Under the pieces are notes generated by a model, which was not told where the DNA came from, made no database searches, and saw only the letters and a list, made by a program, of their open reading frames with translations. From assembly GCA_963666485.2 (NCBI GenBank), contig CAXXUO010000001.1, positions 480,001 through 544,000 on the forward strand: a stretch of DNA of 64,000 bases. Reading direction: 5' to 3'. A program made the position numbers and the translations under genes. Origin of the DNA: Syntrophorhabdaceae bacterium (lineage in GTDB: Bacteria > Desulfobacterota > Syntrophorhabdia > Syntrophorhabdales > Syntrophorhabdaceae). Positions 59,001-64,000 of the stretch are shown here, in pieces. How positions within the stretch are numbered: the stretch's first letter is position 1; each line of letters begins with the position of its first letter.

Positions 59001-59772
59001 TTCGAAATTTGAGCTCGTTCTCACGCAAGGCCTGCTCGGCCCGTTTACGCTCCGTTATGTCCCGCAAGAGCCCCCTGACACCGGCGGGTTGTCCTTCTTT
59101 ATCAATTATAAGCCGGCCCGACAGAGATGCGTGCCGCTCCGCCCCGTCTTTCTTTTTCAGCAACAGTTCATAGTCGTGGACGTATCCTTTCTCTGAAAGC
59201 TTCGACAGGAAATACCGCCGGTCGTCCGGATCGACATAAGCGTCGATGTCCGGTTTACCGATAAGATCTTCCTTGTTCCACCCCGTCAGACGGGTAACCG
59301 ACGGCGACAAAACCGTGATCTTGCCCTCCGCATCCGTCTCAAAATAAAGATCTTCTATTGTTTCGAAGATCTCCTTGAATTTTGCCTCGCTTATTTTCAG
59401 ATCAGCTTCCGCGCGCCTGCGATCGGTAATATCGAGCAGTATCCCGATGATCGCAGGCTCCCCTTTATATGTGGTCGCGGAGCTATAGACCTCGACGCTC
59501 TTAACATCGCCTCCCTTTGCGAGTATCCTGAATTCATAGTGGTGAAACGGCACCTGGCCCGATATCCTCCCGTGCAGACTGTCCTTTACAAGGGGCCAGT
59601 CCCCGGGAAAGATCACGTCATCCACCCTGAGATTATCAACCGCTTCTTCGGCCGTATACCCGAATATTTCGGCACATCGTGAATTGATGTACTTTAATAG
59701 ACCGTCATCCCGCATGACGTAGAAACCGGCGAGAGAATTCTCGGCCAGGTCCAGGAAATTTAGTTCAAACAT
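56038..59772 (-). CDS. cytoplasmic hybrid histidine kinase with 7 PAS domains and a receiver
   Basis: Seven PAS/PAC units ending in D(I/V/M)[26 protein letters not shown]-terminal receiver. Confidence 0.95.
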   Translation of the reverse strand: MFELNFLDLAENSLAGFYVMRDDGLLKYINSRCAEIFGYTAEEAVDNLRVDDVIFPGDWPLVKDSLHGRISGQVPFHHYEFRILAKGGDVKSVEVYSSATTYKGEPAIIGILLDITDRRRAEADLKISEAKFKEIFETIEDLYFETDAEGKITVLSPSVTRLTGWNKEDLIGKPDIDAYVDPDDRRYFLSKLSEKGYVHDYELLLKKKDGAERHASLSGRLIIDKEGQPAGVRGLLRDITERKRAEQALRENELKFRTLFDSAHDAIFTMKDHLFLDCNGKTLNMFGCGKDDIIGRSPIDFSPGVQPDGTPSRMKAIEKMNLALAGSPQTFEWRHQRLDGTAFDTEVSLNRFDLDGAVYLQAIVRDMTERKQAEAQLAVSEQQLRAILLASPIGIARARDRMLEWANERMCEITGYGLKDLIGRNPLFLYESPAEYERAGKLLYTQGVAETKWVRKDGVVRDILMQATRAPGGTHINTATDITELKRTEELLRQREVQLRDTAENIPGVVYQFYARPGGTMGLYYVSESAQRTFGLKSDPDDFFERFSARIAPECIGSFAASITDAVKDVKPWNYEGRFIKDSGETIWFLGLANPTSSGREIVFNGVLLDVTERKRAEQALLESEGKFRDLAEKSVVGIYLYQDGLFKYVNAEFAATFGYIPSEIVDRLTLQDVIFHEDLPLVMESVRQRTSGDVKSKRYQFRAWARDGTLKHVEVYGSQTFYQARPAVIGTVLDITDRLKTEEELKRLSTAIEQSAEDVIVTDLDGVIQYVNPAFEKITGYTRAEAIGQTPRIVKSGVHDKAFYDNLWKTIKSGMVWTGQVTNRRKDGSLIQEAAIISPFINSSGQLTGYIALKRDITEEAKLQSQLRQAQKMEAIGTLAGGIAHDFNNILTVIMGFGTILQLNMQTDPLKHYVDKILSAAEKATNLTRSLLAFSRKQPITLAPININDCIKGTEKLLKRLLTEDIELAISLIPEDVIILADATQIDQILFNLATNARDAMKNGGVLTIETRLFEIESRFIESHGFGIPGKYARLIVSDTGSGIEESTRERLFDPFFTTKEPGRGTGLGLATVYGIVKQHKGYIDVQSEIRKGTRFFIYFPVAENTEQKETQVFSGSPKANTGTETILVAEDDTGVRLLLKEILTHHGYTVLEAADGQDAIDIFTRHPDVDLMVLDSVMPRKNGRETYDAIRNLNVPVKVLFMSGYTKDIILDKGVEEGQVDFIAKPIVPDDLLAKVREILDR

Positions 59773-59988
59773 ATAAGAGGCCTCCCGTTTTGACAGCAGG
59801 AGTATGGGATGTTCAATACATTGAAATTATTCTGAATATTTATCGGGCTGTCAAGCGCAATCTTCCATTCGGACGGATGCACGCATCGGCAACCGGTAGG
59901 CGGACAATCATATGCCGGCATCGGTCCATTCACCATGACAGGCTGTTGTCATCGTGACCTGCTATACTGCCTGTATAAAGGAGGTCGC

Positions 59989-60171
59989 ATGCCCCGATAT
60001 ACATTTAAGTTGAGCGGCCTTGAACCCCTGACCGTTGATGCTCCCGATCTCCTAAAAGCCCTGGAAAAGGCCGGGGTTTCCAGGGACGAGGAGTATGAAC
60101 TTACTGAAGAGGATGATCCCTGGGAGATATTTTTTCTTGCAGCCATTCTCGACGAAACGTTTGACCCGTAG
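59989..60171 (+). CDS. small acidic hypothetical protein
   Basis: AAGGAGG RBS directly before ATG. Confidence 0.7.
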   Translation: MPRYTFKLSGLEPLTVDAPDLLKALEKAGVSRDEEYELTEEDDPWEIFFLAAILDETFDP

Positions 60172-60182
60172 CGGGGAATCTT

Positions 60183-60425
60183 ATGAAAAGAATTACACTT
60201 TGTATTCTTATGGCAGCCTTGATAATTACCGGCCTGGCAAGCGGCGGAGAGGCCAGGGGCACCAAAAGGATCTACGATAAGGACTGGCGGCTCAAGGGAT
60301 ATATCCGGGATGACGGGAGCGGAACGAAGAAGATCTATGATAGGAACTGGAATACTCAAGGTTATATTCGCGATGACACAATATACGACAACACCTGGAA
60401 CCGGACGGGAAGGATCGAAAAATGA
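60183..60425 (+). CDS. small secreted protein with 3 IYDxxW..G.I repeats
   Basis: Signal peptide and internal repeats. Confidence 0.75.
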   Translation: MKRITLCILMAALIITGLASGGEARGTKRIYDKDWRLKGYIRDDGSGTKKIYDRNWNTQGYIRDDTIYDNTWNRTGRIEK

Positions 60426-60489
60426 ACCTGCCCCCGTCACGGAGTCTTTTGGGGGGAATTCCTGCAAGACCTCAGCTTCGATCAATAGA

Positions 60490-60897
60490 TCATAAGGCGA
60501 AATTGCCCAGTCTTTCTGGCTGGTATATGATCTCTTCGATCTGTATCTTCACGGTGCCTGTGGGCAGGTCCCACGTCAGTATGTCCCCTTCCCTGTAGCC
60601 TATCAGGGCAATGCCCATAGGTGAGAGTATGGAAACGGCCTTGCCGTTCATGCCCTCCTTGCCGGGGAACACGAGAATGAGGGCATGCTCTTCACCCGTA
60701 TTTACATCCTTTACCCGGACAATGGAGTTCATCGTGACGATGTCACCCGGGACTTCCCTGGGTTCTACCACGGTAGCCTGCTTGAGCTCATTTTCGAGCT
60801 TTTCAAGGTACGGCGCTTCGGACGCGCTGCTCGTTTCTATAAGAGCGCGAAGCCTCTCGAGGTCATACCGGTTTATGTAGATCTTCCTTTCCGACAT
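60490..60897 (-). CDS. rnk: nucleoside diphosphate kinase regulator (Rnk, GreA/GreB family)
   Basis: D.ERL, VPGDIVTMNS.V, LVFP, VSILSPMG.ALIGYREGD, IIYQPE. Confidence 0.92.
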   Translation of the reverse strand: MSERKIYINRYDLERLRALIETSSASEAPYLEKLENELKQATVVEPREVPGDIVTMNSIVRVKDVNTGEEHALILVFPGKEGMNGKAVSILSPMGIALIGYREGDILTWDLPTGTVKIQIEEIIYQPERLGNFAL

Positions 60898-61465
60898 GTC
60901 AGGGTTTCCTGGAACTGTATGTTCTTGCCTGGCGATCAACCACTGCAGCAATACGTTTCATTCGCCGTCGCCGTATCATTGTATCGACCCTCTCGCAAAC
61001 ACACCAACGGCCTGCTATGTTAAGAAACGGCCGGCGAAAAACCTGATCTCTAGAAATTTCTTTCGAGGGCGGATCTCAGGATGTGAGTTAGATGCGCGGT
61101 GCGGCGGTTTTCAGCCTCAAAAGCCAGGTACATCATGCCTCATAATTAGCACAAAACAGGCCGGCCTGTCAAAAGGGCCGCCGCCGGGACCGCGGGGTTA
61201 TTTGGCCGCAAACCCGCCAACCGCGCTGCGGTATAAAGACCTGTACAGTCCCGGCACGTGCCATGGGAAAACACGGTTTCGGGGTTTGTTTTTGAACGTT
61301 TTCTATTTCCACTTTTTTTGAATTGGCGATACGCAAAAGAAACAGGAATGTTCAAGAGAAAAGTAAGGCAACGGGTGATGGAATAGCCGGTACCACGCAA
61401 CACGAGCAAGGAAATGTTGTCTGGGACCGACTATTCCAGGGTTCAAGCGGCAGCGGAAGATGCTG

Positions 61466-61912
61466 CTATTTGACGCACATATCCCTTCCCTGGTATTTCG
61501 TATAGTTATACCCGGGGCCGCATTTTACGCACATGTCCCTGCCGTTGTACGGGGTATAGGTATAGCCGGGGCCGCATTTTACGCACATGTCCCTGCCGTT
61601 GTATTTGGTGTAGTTATAACCGGGGCCGCATTTCAGGCATATGTCCCTGCCGTTGTATTTGGTGTAGTTATAACCGGGGCCGCATTTTACGCAGGTATAT
61701 CTGCCGTTGTACTGGGTATAGTTATAGCCGGGCCCGCATTTGTTGGCCGAGGCGGGAGCGCCTGTCGCCGGTGCGCCGGTTGCGGGAGCGCCCGTTGCGG
61801 GAGCGCCCGTTGCCGGTGCGCCCGTGGCAACGGCATATACCATCGACGAACAAAAAAGAAGGCAAACGACGCAAATAACTGCCGATACACCCAATCTTAC
61901 GGAATTCCGCAT
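61466..61912 (-). CDS. secreted protein: (TGAPA)x5 linker + five 18-aa Cys/Tyr repeats
   Basis: GGAGG RBS, signal peptide, 15-bp repeats at 61751-61825 and 54-bp repeats at 61469-61738. Confidence 0.85.
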   Translation of the reverse strand: MRNSVRLGVSAVICVVCLLFCSSMVYAVATGAPATGAPATGAPATGAPATGAPASANKCGPGYNYTQYNGRYTCVKCGPGYNYTKYNGRDICLKCGPGYNYTKYNGRDMCVKCGPGYTYTPYNGRDMCVKCGPGYNYTKYQGRDMCVK

Positions 61913-62018
61913 TTTTCCTCCTGTCCTGATCCGGTAATTGTGATTCTGCTTCATTGTATTAAATCCGTTTTTCGTAAGGAAGACAAGCAGGAAGTGGAGA
62001 TAACTTTTTCACGGGTTG

Positions 62019-63188
62019 TTATTCGGGCTTCTTGATGAGATTGGTTGCGGTGAACATGGCGCAGGCGAGGAAGACACAGGGGACGCAAATGGCAAGAAGG
62101 CCCGTCGACACGCGGTAACGGTCACCTATGTAGCCGATCATGATCGGGGACAATGACGAGACCGCATAGGAAAACGTGGTCATGATCCCGAGGGCGAGCC
62201 CCCTTGCGCGGGCGAAGGTAAGCCCTGTGAATGTCCAGAGCGCTCCCATTACCGCGGAACCGACGAAACCGGTGAAGAGCGTCAAAAAGCCGCGCAATGC
62301 GTAATTCTCCACCCTGATGAGGAGAATAAGGGACAAACCCATGACGATGCCGCCGGTGACGCCCACGAAGCGGTATCCCAGCCTGTCCGATGCGAGGCCC
62401 ATGGTGGGCCTGCCGATAAACTGGCCCATCCCCCAGACGCCTGCAATAAGGCCTGCGGCGGAGGCACTCATGCCTATCTCCGTCTTGAGGAACACCGGGT
62501 ACCACATGGCAAAACCGAACTCTGCGGATATCTGGAACATGGAGGCGAAGCTCACGAGGGTAAGAAGTATGATACTCGATCTTTGCGCGACCGACCGGTC
62601 GAAGAACGGACCGCCCGCGTGTGTTTCCTTTTTTTCGTCAGGCCAGGAGACCATGAGCAAAAGTGCGATGCCGATCCCCGCGAGCCCGGTCAGGGTGAAG
62701 GGGACGCGCCAGTTCCCTGTGAAGTCCAGCAGCCACCCGGCCAGCGCCGGTCCGGTAAACCAGCCCATGGACGTGCCCGAAGACATGAAGGTCACGTAAA
62801 AACCCGGTCTTTCCGGAAAGAGCTCCATGGTAAAGGCTATCATGGGAATAAAAAAGAACGCCTCCGTCATACCCGTTGCCAGGCGGAAAAAGAAGAGCTG
62901 CCCGGTGCTGTTCGCAAGGCCGGAGACGACCGTAAGCGCTGAAAAACCGAAGATGCCGAAGAGAACGGTGTATTTCCTTCCAAACCTGTCGGAAAGCATT
63001 CCTGCTATGATGGGCGTGAACATGTAGCCCCAGAGCGAACCGGCCCCGACGACGCCAAGCGCCGTCCTGTCGGCGCCGAAGGCCTCCATGAGCGAGGGAA
63101 TAAGCGGCCCGAAGATCCACCGTTGTGTAAAATAGAGGACCATCCCCAACCACCCCAGGAAGAAGAACAGCGTCTTGTTCGATCTCAT
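62019..63188 (-). CDS. MFS transporter
   Basis: G.LSDRFGRK and SDRLGYR motifs; about 12 TMs. Confidence 0.93.
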   Translation of the reverse strand: MRSNKTLFFFLGWLGMVLYFTQRWIFGPLIPSLMEAFGADRTALGVVGAGSLWGYMFTPIIAGMLSDRFGRKYTVLFGIFGFSALTVVSGLANSTGQLFFFRLATGMTEAFFFIPMIAFTMELFPERPGFYVTFMSSGTSMGWFTGPALAGWLLDFTGNWRVPFTLTGLAGIGIALLLMVSWPDEKKETHAGGPFFDRSVAQRSSIILLTLVSFASMFQISAEFGFAMWYPVFLKTEIGMSASAAGLIAGVWGMGQFIGRPTMGLASDRLGYRFVGVTGGIVMGLSLILLIRVENYALRGFLTLFTGFVGSAVMGALWTFTGLTFARARGLALGIMTTFSYAVSSLSPIMIGYIGDRYRVSTGLLAICVPCVFLACAMFTATNLIKKPE

Positions 63189-63195
63189 AGGATTA

Positions 63196-63798
63196 CTAGC
63201 TTGATAACACACCGGGGTTCTTCGCCAGTTTCTCGATCCCGGATACGACCCGCTCCAGTTCTTCGGTAAGGGGAGAAGGGAAGACCTCCTCAAATGCATC
63301 CGCGAGGGAACGGTAATACCAGAGGGTCCCTTCCTTGCCGCCTCTGAACCTGTCCCAGAGCGCATCGCCGTGGATCCGTAAATCTTTGAGAATGGCCCGG
63401 GCATTATGGAGCTTGTCCGAGCAGGATACAAGGCGAACGGACGCGGAGGCATCCCTGATATGGGCCAGGTAAGCCTCTTTTCTTTGCCGCCAGGGAGGCT
63501 TGGGCGTCACGTCGGCATCGGTACAGCCCTCGACTATTTCGGCCACCCTGTCACCGAAACGCAACTCGATCTCTTTCTTTGCATCGGGGCCGCCCTGGTC
63601 CTCGATGGCGTCGTGAAGGAGCCCCGCTATCGCCTCGTCCTCGTCCGCACCGTACTCAAGGGCAATGCTCGCGACACCGATAAGGTGCGCAATATAGGGA
63701 ACTTCGCTCCCTTTGCGTATCTGCCGGGCATGGAGCCTTGCGGCGAACACGAGGGCGTCTTCAAATCGCTGTCCGAGGATCGGTTTCGTGGTGTCCAT
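63196..63798 (-). CDS. HD-domain protein, Mesh1/small alarmone hydrolase-like
   Basis: H..Q.RKG...PYI.H, LLHDAIED, DKLHNAR. Confidence 0.88.
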   Translation of the reverse strand: MDTTKPILGQRFEDALVFAARLHARQIRKGSEVPYIAHLIGVASIALEYGADEDEAIAGLLHDAIEDQGGPDAKKEIELRFGDRVAEIVEGCTDADVTPKPPWRQRKEAYLAHIRDASASVRLVSCSDKLHNARAILKDLRIHGDALWDRFRGGKEGTLWYYRSLADAFEEVFPSPLTEELERVVSGIEKLAKNPGVLSS

Positions 63799-64000
63799 AC
63801 ACATCCCGCCATTTCGTATTCGTCTGGATGCCGTACAGGCTTCAGATTTTCACATTGTATTGAAAAATCCCGGGGAAAGCAATCCCGGCGGCCATACGTG
63901 AAGCGGTATGGCTCCCTGCGTGCACGTGCACAAAACGAGCACGTCGAAGGTTTATGTCATTCGCATGAAGCGTATATGAGATGCAATTTTTGCGATCGTG

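Noticed and set aside
60898..61465. Long intergenic region as a riboswitch, ncRNA or gene
   Set aside because: No recognisable aptamer consensus (c-di-GMP-I was considered), and the ORFs lack RBS or motifs.
61469..61738. 54-bp tandem repeats as a CRISPR array
   Set aside because: No unique spacers, the period is a multiple of 3 inside an ORF, and there are no cas genes.
61469..61738. CxxC repeats as a multiheme cytochrome
   Set aside because: Motifs are CxKCG, with no CxxCH.

Overview
A mostly gene-dense, GC-rich bacterial chromosomal segment. The gene content suggests an anaerobic deltaproteobacterium (Syntrophorhabdus-like; this is inference). The core block at about 15.9-35.5 kb holds rplU-rpmA-obgE-proBA-nadD-rsfS-dksA-lapB-apgM-comF, tRNA-Pro(GGG), surE, a class V FBP aldolase/phosphatase, miaB, hisC and metX. 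Accessory genes flank it. The main hidden signal is at 35.9-40.0 kb, where two genes split in the ORF track read through an in-frame UGA at a redox-active Cys position. One is a zinc-finger thioredoxin (WUGHC). The other is a J-like domain/TM/glutaredoxin fusion (UPYA, with a SECIS-like hairpin), directly upstream of a PilB/GspE ATPase carrying an N-terminal cyclic-nucleotide-binding domain. Other notable items: a UbiA/cytochrome b5/UbiE/methyltransferase operon, a REP-containing leader ORF that duplicates the first 7 codons of miaB, a terminator inside the leader of an orphan RpoD-like sigma factor, dispersed heptamer repeat arrays, and a secreted Cys/Tyr tandem-repeat protein. No CRISPR array, rRNA, integrase or transposase was seen. 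Product calls come from motif recognition, not database searches.
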